A stretch of DNA of 64,000 bases from the IMG/VR virus record IMGVR_UViG_3300027977_000026. One strand, given 5' to 3'. The notes under the pieces were generated by a model. It was not told where the DNA came from. It saw only the letters and a list, made by a program, of their open reading frames with translations, and searched no databases. This document shows positions 48,162-56,773 of this stretch, one piece after another. Both the position numbers and the translations under genes were made by a program. How positions within the stretch are numbered: position 1 is the stretch's first letter; the number at the start of each line of letters is the position of its first letter. Source of the stretch: an uncultured virus (IMG/VR IMGVR_UViG_3300027977_000026). Taxonomy: Duplodnaviria > Heunggongvirae > Uroviricota > Caudoviricetes.

Positions 48162-48882
48162 ATGAAGATGTAATATATTTGGCTATAATTTGACCGTCAT
48201 CTATTTCAAACAAAACAACCCCAAGCTTGGGATTAATCTTACAATTTAGCTGCTTGACTCTCACACCGCTAATTATTCTAACTAATTCAAAAGTCAAGCA
48301 TATGCCACTAAAATTATCACCTGCATAGCCTTCATAAATGGGTATGGTGAAGCTATCCACATTTTGTCTAGATTTATCTGTTAGATCGGCATATATTATG
48401 CCGTCTTGTGAATATAGATAGATTTTATTACTCTCTGTGGTGAATGTGCTGCCCCTCAATAACTCTATCAGAGCTTTGTATTGAATAGTAAAATTGATTG
48501 GAAAATTTAAATCATCCAATTTCTCCACATTTACCTTGGGTATTGAGATGATGTTGTCTTCTAGAAGATGGTATTTGAACCTCACCTCTTTGCTGCTATA
48601 TCCAATGTTGTTCCGGTCTATGTCAAGTGTAAAAGTATCTTTCTCGATGCATTCAATAGCCTTTATCACCTTTCTTATGTCGGATATATTGAGGTTAAGC
48701 TGTTTCTCCGTGTCAATCTTCTGTTGTAGTCTTGTGGATAAAATTATTGATGCATCTGGGGTACTAGCAATGCATTGAAGACCTGTGTCAGCTACTACAA
48801 TTACACAGCTGTCACTTATCTTGCTTAAGGGCTGCAAAAACCCGCGAACAAAAATCTTCTTATCGTTGATGGTTAATTGCAT
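48151..48882 (-). CDS. gp45: Sliding clamp, gp45-like
   Basis: 243 aa; clamp-sized, two-domain beta/alpha pattern; in replication cluster of a genome with gp44 and gp43. Confidence 0.65.
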   Translation of the reverse strand: MQLTINDKKIFVRGFLQPLSKISDSCVIVVADTGLQCIASTPDASIILSTRLQQKIDTEKQLNLNISDIRKVIKAIECIEKDTFTLDIDRNNIGYSSKEVRFKYHLLEDNIISIPKVNVEKLDDLNFPINFTIQYKALIELLRGSTFTTESNKIYLYSQDGIIYADLTDKSRQNVDSFTIPIYEGYAGDNFSGICLTFELVRIISGVRVKQLNCKINPKLGVVLFEIDDGQIIAKYITSSYVK

Positions 48883-48891
48883 TATAGGATT

Positions 48892-48919
48892 ATTTTAACA
48901 ACTCAATGTTGTTATTCAA
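48892..48919 (-). promoter_or_regulatory. Sigma70-like promoter TTGAAT-N16-TAAAAT for gp45
   Basis: 9 nt before ATG 48882. Confidence 0.55.
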
Positions 48920-49340
48920 GCCGCTTTATTCTCAGATCAATATCTGTAAGCTTTGAAAGAATGCTATCCAATTTACCATTTATAGTGTCCGGTGTGATGG
49001 GTTTATTGAAATCAAAAACTAATTGATTTGGATCTTGGTATTCTACTGCTACTACTGGTGCAGCTTGTTGCACAGGTTGAGGAATGTTGATACCTGCATT
49101 GACAACATTTGCAACAGGATTGATGTGTTGTGGTGGTGTACCGGTTGGTTGTGTGGAGGCAAGCTGAGAAAATATTTGATTGACATCAGTCTTTAGCGCT
49201 CTAATATTGTTTGATGACCCCACCATGCTGCCATCTATAGTTTTTAACTCTGATAGAGTGCTGCCCAGCAATGCGGCTAAGGCATATTTGGTATTTGGGT
49301 TATCAGGCCCCAGATCAACAATAGGATTATTTTCATTCAT
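48912..49340 (-). CDS. Hypothetical protein
   Basis: 142 aa; P/Q-rich linker, DPNQLVFDF motif, coiled-coil-like end. Confidence 0.6.
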   Translation of the reverse strand: MNENNPIVDLGPDNPNTKYALAALLGSTLSELKTIDGSMVGSSNNIRALKTDVNQIFSQLASTQPTGTPPQHINPVANVVNAGINIPQPVQQAAPVVAVEYQDPNQLVFDFNKPITPDTINGKLDSILSKLTDIDLRIKRLE

Positions 49341-50175
49341 CAGCTTCTAGTCCCTCGAGCAGTTTTTTGACTGTGTCGTCTTCAAGCAAATCTTCTTCCT
49401 TGGAAGTTTGTACTGCTTTAGGTTGTTCTGCTTTCTGGGTACTAGGCTTGACTGCAGGTTGCACTTCTTCAGTACTACCAACATAGTGCTCGTTGAATAT
49501 TTGCTTGATCTCCTCATAGCTCTTGATGGTGAACACTGATTCAAGATCATAGGCTGACTTGTTAATTTTGTCAGTCTTACTTGCATCAAACCCTTCAATG
49601 GCCTTGGGCATCATGAACTTGCTACTCACATATGTGGGGTAATCACCCTGCTGTTCCACCTTGATCTTCAAGCTACTGCCTTTCTCAGACAAATCAAAAA
49701 TACGTGGACCCAGATCTTCGGAGCCTTCACCTTCAATGGCATCCATAATAATCTTATGAAGCTGTTTGCCATAACGAAGAATCATTACCTTGCCATTATT
49801 TTCTTCATTAACAGGATCATTGATGATATAAGCATTGACAAGCCACTTCTCTGAACGGATTATTGCACGTGCCTTATCCTTTTCTTCCTGAGTGCCAGTT
49901 CTTAAGATTTTGTACCTGGCTTCGGCAATGGGATCCTTAGCACCAAAGGTAGAGGGACTGACAACTGAGACATATTGACCAGTACTGAAGCTGTTCCAGC
50001 CAAAGGTATAATAATGAAAGAAAGTTTTGCCTGGATCATCCATATTCGGTAACAATCTTACCGTGTATGTGTTGCCAGGCTCAAATCTAAGAATTTGATT
50101 ATTCTTGGCTACATTTGTTGTTTTGTTGAGGGCAGTGCGTATACTTTCGAACATTGATGTTGTAATTGAACTCAT
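49333..50175 (-). CDS. gp32: Single-stranded DNA-binding protein, gp32-like
   Basis: 280 aa; VRLLP, NDPVNEENNGKV.ILRYGKQL, IFDLSEKG, YPTYVSSKF, acidic tail. Confidence 0.88.
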   Translation of the reverse strand: MSSITTSMFESIRTALNKTTNVAKNNQILRFEPGNTYTVRLLPNMDDPGKTFFHYYTFGWNSFSTGQYVSVVSPSTFGAKDPIAEARYKILRTGTQEEKDKARAIIRSEKWLVNAYIINDPVNEENNGKVMILRYGKQLHKIIMDAIEGEGSEDLGPRIFDLSEKGSSLKIKVEQQGDYPTYVSSKFMMPKAIEGFDASKTDKINKSAYDLESVFTIKSYEEIKQIFNEHYVGSTEEVQPAVKPSTQKAEQPKAVQTSKEEDLLEDDTVKKLLEGLEADE

Positions 50176-50181
50176 ACTATG

Positions 50182-50209
50182 ATTGTATATGGAGAATAAA
50201 TTAAATCAA
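50182..50209 (-). promoter_or_regulatory. Sigma70-like promoter TTGATT-N16-TACAAT for gp32
   Basis: 6 nt before ATG 50175. Confidence 0.65.
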
Positions 50210-50217
50210 CTACCATT

Positions 50218-50850
50218 TTACCTTTTCTCGATTTTTTCTAATCCGGAAACTGCTAAATGCTTGGCTTTAATACTATTGAAGAATTTGGTTCTAAACACAG
50301 GCATTTGATCATACATATCGCTGATGGTGAATCTAGTAATGTCTGGATCACAGTTTTTTAGTGCTGACTCAAACATGGAAAAAGCAAACAAATTGTAGAC
50401 ACTTATGAATCTCTTTTTGAGATGTATCAAGAAGCTAAACTGAGTACCTTCTTTGAAGCTCACATATTCTGAAGTTGGTATATTTTTGGATATGCAGAAT
50501 TTTTTAATAAATTTCAATCCTTTTATAATATGATTAAGATGGTAGTCGCTATCCGGTGACAAGGATAGCTGCTTCTTCATGTACATAGAATATATTTTAA
50601 TGGCTTTCTGTGAGGTGTAGAAAGAAAGATCAAAACCACTCTCGCCAGGATAAATTGTATAGGGCGCATTAAAAAAATCAAAGATATCTATATGTCTGTT
50701 TCTGGTGAAAAGATTCTTAAGTTTCATAGTATACGGGTATGATGTAGAGTCTTCAAAACCATCCCAATGTTTCCGGAGTCTATATGGTAGACTTTGTTTG
50801 GATCTACTAATCTTTAGAAATGCGTTGTATATGATCTTTTCGTCAATCAT
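50218..50850 (-). CDS. Hypothetical protein (position compatible with gp59 helicase loader)
   Basis: 210 aa basic protein directly upstream of gp32. Confidence 0.45.
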   Translation of the reverse strand: MIDEKIIYNAFLKISRSKQSLPYRLRKHWDGFEDSTSYPYTMKLKNLFTRNRHIDIFDFFNAPYTIYPGESGFDLSFYTSQKAIKIYSMYMKKQLSLSPDSDYHLNHIIKGLKFIKKFCISKNIPTSEYVSFKEGTQFSFLIHLKKRFISVYNLFAFSMFESALKNCDPDITRFTISDMYDQMPVFRTKFFNSIKAKHLAVSGLEKIEKR

Positions 50851-51125
50851 TTAAGAATATCTTTGGCCTTGGGACTATTCAAAAACTTCATAATGTACTT
50901 GCTCTTGTACAATGTAGAGTCAAATTCTAAAAACGCTTTAACAGCTGTGATATCATCATCAATATCTAGTATACTTCTGAATAACTCTCTTACTTCTTTT
51001 TCTTGCAGATAGAGCAGTAATATATTTGCTAGGTTGTATTTTTTATTAGTGATGAGACAGAAGTAGCTGCAAAACATTCTGAAAAGATGATCAGACTCTA
51101 CTTGGGTTATATTGGGGCAGTTCAT
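50847..51125 (-). CDS. Hypothetical protein
   Basis: 92 aa, 4-nt overlaps on both sides. Confidence 0.6.
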   Translation of the reverse strand: MNCPNITQVESDHLFRMFCSYFCLITNKKYNLANILLLYLQEKEVRELFRSILDIDDDITAVKAFLEFDSTLYKSKYIMKFLNSPKAKDILK

Positions 51126-52009
51126 AGTTCAATAAAGTTTTTAGTAAATTCTAGAAATTTGTCATTTATGGGCCCGCCTGCTGCAAAGTCATGGCCAGAT
51201 CCTCCACAAATACTATTAGCCACTTCTTTGCAACTGGCGCTGGATGTCCTTGATCTTCTAAAGCTTACCTTCATGTGCTTAAGATTTATGACCATAGACA
51301 TGTCAGATCCAGTCTTTTTAATCAAATAATCGGCAATATCATTAATCCCGAAATCCGCAAATGCAGCAGAGAATTTGATATTGCTGCCATTTAGCTCGTA
51401 ATTTGTAGTGTATATTTTTAATCCTTTTATAATTTCGGTTAACCGTCTGATGTAAATGTTAACTGAATTTTGTTGCAGGTTATTAAAACCTTTGAATCCA
51501 TTAAAGAAATCGTTATAAAACTTATCCACCCTGTTGCCTGAGTAGCTGCTAAAAAGATAATTTAATTTCTTAGAATTTTCATTCTTGAGAGTGTAACTAT
51601 CATAATCATCTACCAAAGCTAATAAAAGTCTTTCGTGTTCATTTAAATTAAAGCCATATTTTTCCTTGAGAGACCTATACAAGAGAAGAGAATTGCTTGA
51701 ACATTCTTTCAAATAATTCTCACAATGAGTCAAACTTGGAGCCTTCTCTATGCTGCATTTGTGATGATCACAAACAAATACATTATTATAATTAAAGAAG
51801 GAATAATCTTCACAAATCTCCAGATCCAGTGTATAAATCTTTTCAAAGTAAAAAATCTTAGGCAGTACAGTCTTTTTCCAATAATCACTAAAAGCTGCCT
51901 GGGAGATAGGCCTCACAGGCAACTTTCTATTTAAATATTTGCAAATTAACAGATAGCTCATGGCACCGTCTAGATCTGCATGAGTAATACAAAACTGTTT
52001 TTCGTTCAT
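51122..52009 (-). CDS. DHH/DHHA1-family phosphoesterase
   Basis: 295 aa; HADLDG, DHH, VSFRR, GGSGHDFAAGG. Confidence 0.85.
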   Translation of the reverse strand: MNEKQFCITHADLDGAMSYLLICKYLNRKLPVRPISQAAFSDYWKKTVLPKIFYFEKIYTLDLEICEDYSFFNYNNVFVCDHHKCSIEKAPSLTHCENYLKECSSNSLLLYRSLKEKYGFNLNEHERLLLALVDDYDSYTLKNENSKKLNYLFSSYSGNRVDKFYNDFFNGFKGFNNLQQNSVNIYIRRLTEIIKGLKIYTTNYELNGSNIKFSAAFADFGINDIADYLIKKTGSDMSMVINLKHMKVSFRRSRTSSASCKEVANSICGGSGHDFAAGGPINDKFLEFTKNFIEL

Positions 52010-53370
52010 GTTATTCCACCTAAGCTGGATAATGTTCTGGTGAAATCTTTTGCCTCATCACTCTCATTGATAGTTTCATCTTCTGAGATAGTGAGTGTGC
52101 TGTAATCGATCTTTAGTGCAATGCTACCAAAATTAGGCCCAAAGCGATTTTTGCTCATGCCCAGATTGATAAGACCCAATTCCTTGTCTTCATCTTTTTG
52201 CCAAATAGACATAATTGAATCAGCTGTAGTGGCCAGTCCAATACTCTCAGAGATCGTTTCAAGTCCTGGATTGTCTATATTGAATCCAGACCTATTAAGC
52301 TGTGTTGCAGAGATAATAGGGCAATTAATTTCATAACTTATGGCTCTCACCTGTTGTGCGCAATATAAAATACGCTCATAGCTATTATTGCCAATAGAGC
52401 TGCCAAGAAGGTTGAGATAATCTAGAACAATGGCATCCAATTTAATACCTTTTTGGCTCAACTTCAACAGAAAACCTTTCAACTGCTGAGGTGTTAGCGT
52501 GGATGGTGGAAACTCCTTAATAATAATCTTACCGGGCTTTTCTTTACCAATTTCATTAATTTGTGACTTAAGAGTTTCAGATTCTTCCTTGAGTCTACTC
52601 AGAGGTATTTTAGTAATATTAGAGAACAATCTTCTAGCGTACATATTCTCGCTCATTTCAAGTGAAATAAGCAAAACTGTTTTACCAGCCATGGCTATAT
52701 TACTAGCAATATTGCCAAGAAATACACTCTTACCAACATTTGTTTCCCCGGCAAATACATATAACGCTCTGCCATTTTCTAGAAAACCACCACCAAGCTT
52801 ATTGTCAAGCCACTTCCATCCAGTCTTAACATAGTTCTCCTCTTTATGGAGTTCCGCTAAAAAAGCATCAACATCTTTGAATAAGTCCAATCCTAGACTT
52901 TGAGTTAAATTTATATTAACGGATTTTTCAAATTTTAAAACCAGCTCCGCGGTGTCTAGTGATCTTGAATCTAGCTTTTCGGCTGCATCCAGGAGCGAGT
53001 GGTAGACTGCTTTCTCTTTTAAAAAAGCTTCTGTATTTGCTAACAACTCTGACTTAAAGAATTTTTTGTCAATGTCACTAAATGATGATACCACTTTTTT
53101 GAAGCTGTTCTTCAACTCTTCGGTATTTAAGTATGCCTTTATTTCTGAATTTGTAGGAATTGTATTATTTTTTACAAAAAATTCCTTAATAATAGAAAAG
53201 ATATTTTGTATATCCTTGTTTTTAAAATATTTTAATTCTATAAAATCTATGATGCTACCCAAATAGGGTGGGTCAGTTAGACTGTTGAATATTATTACGC
53301 TCTCATAAAAATCTAAATCTAGATTGCGCTTTAAATTTTTATCTTTATCTGTTGTACTTTGCTTCACCAT
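52006..53370 (-). CDS. gp41: Replicative DNA helicase, gp41/DnaB-like
   Basis: 454 aa; GETNVGKS, SLEM, IKEFPP, LDYLNL, ATQLNR, SESIGL, KNRFG. Confidence 0.95.
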   Translation of the reverse strand: MVKQSTTDKDKNLKRNLDLDFYESVIIFNSLTDPPYLGSIIDFIELKYFKNKDIQNIFSIIKEFFVKNNTIPTNSEIKAYLNTEELKNSFKKVVSSFSDIDKKFFKSELLANTEAFLKEKAVYHSLLDAAEKLDSRSLDTAELVLKFEKSVNINLTQSLGLDLFKDVDAFLAELHKEENYVKTGWKWLDNKLGGGFLENGRALYVFAGETNVGKSVFLGNIASNIAMAGKTVLLISLEMSENMYARRLFSNITKIPLSRLKEESETLKSQINEIGKEKPGKIIIKEFPPSTLTPQQLKGFLLKLSQKGIKLDAIVLDYLNLLGSSIGNNSYERILYCAQQVRAISYEINCPIISATQLNRSGFNIDNPGLETISESIGLATTADSIMSIWQKDEDKELGLINLGMSKNRFGPNFGSIALKIDYSTLTISEDETINESDEAKDFTRTLSSLGGIT

Positions 53371-54002
53371 TTGCTTATAAATTTCTTATTACTATCATTC
53401 CATGATTTATCATTGATATCTCTCAATCCCGGGCTTTCATGATATAATAATATAGGCCATACTCCAAGTTTCAATTTATTATAATTGCATGTAAGACTGA
53501 AGTCAATATCATAATGGTGCCATTGGAACGACTCATCAAATCTGGCTTTAGATTTCTTGATTCTTTCCGTGTTGAAGGCCAGGAAGACACCATCCAGAAG
53601 AGCCACACGTGAAGGCGTTTGACCGAAGTTTGTGAGCATCATGCTGCTTGTAGAATTGGGATGAGCAGCAATTCCCCTGCAGTCTTCCCTGCTCACCATC
53701 CAATGCCATAAATTCTTTTCAACTATTCTAGGATTTAATCCTCCTGCAACACCAATTACATCAAACTGTCTAGTGGCATCATACAAGCATTTTAAATTGG
53801 TATACTCAAGAGAAACATCGTGATGACAGAGTACAGTGATCTCATATTCTGCTTGTTCTATGATGTTATTGTAATATTCTGGCAATCCTTTTGTTTTGTT
53901 TTTATATTCTATGTGGAGTTTAGCCGAATCTTTATTCACATTAAACGTATTGTCAAGTAAGCAGTTACCGTCAAGAGGGCTTATACTAAATACACCAATC
54001 AT
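53364..54002 (-). CDS. GT-A fold (family 2-like) glycosyltransferase
   Basis: 212 aa; LCHHDV, VIGVAG, LDGVFLA, FDE...HHYDIDFSL. Confidence 0.7.
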   Translation of the reverse strand: MIGVFSISPLDGNCLLDNTFNVNKDSAKLHIEYKNKTKGLPEYYNNIIEQAEYEITVLCHHDVSLEYTNLKCLYDATRQFDVIGVAGGLNPRIVEKNLWHWMVSREDCRGIAAHPNSTSSMMLTNFGQTPSRVALLDGVFLAFNTERIKKSKARFDESFQWHHYDIDFSLTCNYNKLKLGVWPILLYHESPGLRDINDKSWNDSNKKFISKW

Positions 54003-54008
54003 TACTAA

Positions 54009-54036
54009 ATTATATCATAAAACTATAAATAATCAA
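54009..54036. promoter_or_regulatory. Sigma70-like minus promoter TTGATT-N16-TATAAT overlapping a plus-strand late TATAAATA (54024-54031)
   Basis: Read directly from the 38-bp divergent gap. Confidence 0.7.
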
Positions 54037-54040
54037 TCAT

Positions 54041-54883
54041 ATGCATAAAGATACCCATCTAATATTTGAAGCCTATAACAATCATTTGAATGAAATGGCA
54101 ACATATGCAAAGAACAAGCTTGAAGTGCCAGGTGAAAAATTGCAGAACTTACCAGGTGGAGGGTATGGTTTGACTAAAACTGCCGCAAAGAGTGGCAAGA
54201 GTATAGAGCAAGTAGTTGCTGATTTAGCACAAAAAATTCAATCTGCATTATTTAAGAATGAAAAACATAAAGTAGGCAGTGAGGAATACGATCTTTATTA
54301 TCCCGGCAATGCAATGAAATTTAAAAATGAACTCACAGACTTAATTCAAAAGGAATTAGGATTAGGCAAAACTGAAGCGACTTATACTTCTAGAATAGTA
54401 AAAAATATATTAAACATAGTTATACATGATGAAGAAACAGGTGGTGGTGTTGCCAGACCGGACAGAGTAAAGACTGCTGTAAAGACAGCTGTTGCTGCTG
54501 CACCAGCAGTGAAAACCGAGACTGTTTACGAAATAGATAAATCAGTAAAACAAGATGATAAGAGCTTGCGTTTCATAGTATTGAATCTGCCTGATGAAGA
54601 TGTATTGGAAACTGAAATACTAAGTGTATTAAAGACAGCTATTGATGAATATAATGACAGGCCAGGAGTTGAGCCTTTGAAGATCAGATCTTATGATTTG
54701 CTTGATAGGTTAAAAGAAGCAGGTGTTTTGAAAGAAAAACAAATTGAAAAGCAAGCTGCCGAGGGAGAGGGATCAGGAGAAGTAGAAACAATAGAAGATT
54801 TCCCCACGGGAGATGACGCTACTTCAGCTGCAAAGACCTTGGGATTTGACCTGGGTCAGAAGTTTGATGCATTTGACGACTAA
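54041..54883 (+). CDS. Hypothetical late protein (candidate internal head protein)
   Basis: 280 aa; TATAAATA 54024-54031; DTHLIFEAY..LNEMA. Confidence 0.6.
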   Translation: MHKDTHLIFEAYNNHLNEMATYAKNKLEVPGEKLQNLPGGGYGLTKTAAKSGKSIEQVVADLAQKIQSALFKNEKHKVGSEEYDLYYPGNAMKFKNELTDLIQKELGLGKTEATYTSRIVKNILNIVIHDEETGGGVARPDRVKTAVKTAVAAAPAVKTETVYEIDKSVKQDDKSLRFIVLNLPDEDVLETEILSVLKTAIDEYNDRPGVEPLKIRSYDLLDRLKEAGVLKEKQIEKQAAEGEGSGEVETIEDFPTGDDATSAAKTLGFDLGQKFDAFDD

Positions 54884-54885
54884 GT

Positions 54886-55551
54886 TCAAGTACTGAACGG
54901 GCTATTAAAATCAAAATTACCAATGGATGTTAGTCCTTCAGGTGTCACATGAAACAGAACTCCTTCCTCAAGAGACTCTGATTCAGGGAATTTAATACTG
55001 CTAAAACTGTTTGAATAAATGTCAGCAAAAACTGTACTTCCACATCTTGCCACATATGTTTTAGCAGATCTCTTATTCACAATCCATAGACCGAAAGTAC
55101 CTTCTAAAAGAGACAAAGCCGAACATATGGCATCTGTTTCATCTAGATTTTTTGAATAGTTTTTAACACATGAAAATAAGAGAGGAATAACGCTAGAATC
55201 AACAGGATTCTTCCACTTTGGATCAAATTCATTTTTAATTTCATCAAAATTAGTCAATACTCCATTGTGTGCAACCAGCCAATCACCATGTTCAAATGGG
55301 TGGGATGTGTTGATTGAATAACCACGTTGTGTAGAAGTGGGTGCCTGTGTATGCCCAAGATATAAATCAAAATTTACATCTTCTGTATTCCTGAGCAATT
55401 TTGCTGGTTCAACCACACCTTCTTGCTTTCTAATGACCATGGCGGATTGGTTTAAAAATGTTGTACCTACAGCAAAATTGCCCCTCTTTTTGTTGAGATT
55501 ATAGAGTGTTAGAAATTTTTGCTTTTCAGTAGATCCAAAGATACCGCACAT
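54886..55551 (-). CDS. Class II (Ntn) glutamine amidotransferase, stand-alone
   Basis: 221 aa; MCGIFG, RG, GHTQAPT, HPF, AHNGVLTN, VDS. Confidence 0.88.
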   Translation of the reverse strand: MCGIFGSTEKQKFLTLYNLNKKRGNFAVGTTFLNQSAMVIRKQEGVVEPAKLLRNTEDVNFDLYLGHTQAPTSTQRGYSINTSHPFEHGDWLVAHNGVLTNFDEIKNEFDPKWKNPVDSSVIPLLFSCVKNYSKNLDETDAICSALSLLEGTFGLWIVNKRSAKTYVARCGSTVFADIYSNSFSSIKFPESESLEEGVLFHVTPEGLTSIGNFDFNSPFST

Positions 55552-56295
55552 TTAACTATTATAAGTATCGTACTCTATTTTTCTACAATTATATTTCGTC
55601 CAAACATTTGTTAGGTCTTGTTTGTATGACTGAGGATCAATGTATCCAGCATTTGCAAATCCTTTTATTCTCAAGGCGCTGCTTGCTGAATTGGCATCTG
55701 CTTTTTCTTCACCACTATAGCATGTATAAGTTTTACTAAATTTAACTTTTAATCTTATTCCCTCGAGTATAATATCTGCTTTATTCATTTTGATCAAAGG
55801 TGCTACAACTTCAATGTGATTTTCTCTATTCAATGCCAATACACTGTTCATGCAGGGTATGAATTCTGGACTAGCATCCCAATACCCAGCCAGGCTGTCA
55901 ACACCAGTGGCACCATGATAAATTTTTTGTGCGCCTACAGCTTCAGCATATGAAGCTGCAATGCTTAAGAAAGTCATGTTGCGATTAGGCACATAAGACT
56001 TTGGTTGGGCTTCACCTGCAACCTCTCTTATGTCCGGTGTGGGTATACTATCATTTGTCAAGCTACTGACTGGCGCTAGATCCTTAATGAACTGCACATT
56101 AACCATTTTAAACCATTGACACCCCAATTCATAAGCGTGCCAAGCTGCTAATTCCAATTCCCTGTAATGTCTCTGTCCATAATTATAAGCTATAGGAAAT
56201 ACATTTTCATGACCAACTTCTTCAACTGCCTTATACAGTAAGACGGTACTGTCCATTCCACCGCTTATTGGAATTGCAATTTTATTTTGGCTCAT
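55552..56295 (-). CDS. queC: QueC-like PP-loop ATPase with degenerate Zn site
   Basis: 247 aa; SGGMDS, YGQRH.RE, SSLT, YVPNRN, APL..MNKADI; TYTCY..DANSASS in place of CxxCxxC. Confidence 0.85.
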   Translation of the reverse strand: MSQNKIAIPISGGMDSTVLLYKAVEEVGHENVFPIAYNYGQRHYRELELAAWHAYELGCQWFKMVNVQFIKDLAPVSSLTNDSIPTPDIREVAGEAQPKSYVPNRNMTFLSIAASYAEAVGAQKIYHGATGVDSLAGYWDASPEFIPCMNSVLALNRENHIEVVAPLIKMNKADIILEGIRLKVKFSKTYTCYSGEEKADANSASSALRIKGFANAGYIDPQSYKQDLTNVWTKYNCRKIEYDTYNS

Positions 56296-56773
56296 GTGAT
56301 ATTTTCGTAAGCTCTGGTGAATATTGTGGAATTATTACAGCGCCCTGTGCATCCTTTATATTTTCAAATCTGGCCGTGCGTGCTCTTAGTTCACTTGAAG
56401 AGTAGGTATGCTGTCTTTTATGATAGAAAAGCTCAATGCCATTTTCAATGCAATACTGTTTACCGGTAAAATCTCGATTTTTGTATTCTTCACTCAAAAA
56501 GCGAATATGAATAGTTTGTGTTTTGAGAAGTTGGAGTAAATCAAACTCTGTTTCATAAACAATTATTTCATCAACATATCGACAAGCTTGTAACTGCACA
56601 AATCGTTCGTAAGAACTCTGCACAGGTCTATTCTTTATACCAGGTCTATCAACTGTTGGATCTATTTGCATGGCAGCAATCAAATGATCACATAGTTGCT
56701 TCTCCATTTTTAACATTGTCACATGGCCAGCATGCAACAAGTCAAAAGAACTACAATTAAACCCTATCTTCAC
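56282..56773 (-). CDS. Cytidylyltransferase (TagD-like HxGH nucleotidyltransferase)
   Basis: 163 aa; FDLLHAGH, ERFVQL..CRYVDE, YSSSELR. Confidence 0.85.
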   Translation of the reverse strand: MKIGFNCSSFDLLHAGHVTMLKMEKQLCDHLIAAMQIDPTVDRPGIKNRPVQSSYERFVQLQACRYVDEIIVYETEFDLLQLLKTQTIHIRFLSEEYKNRDFTGKQYCIENGIELFYHKRQHTYSSSELRARTARFENIKDAQGAVIIPQYSPELTKISHEPK

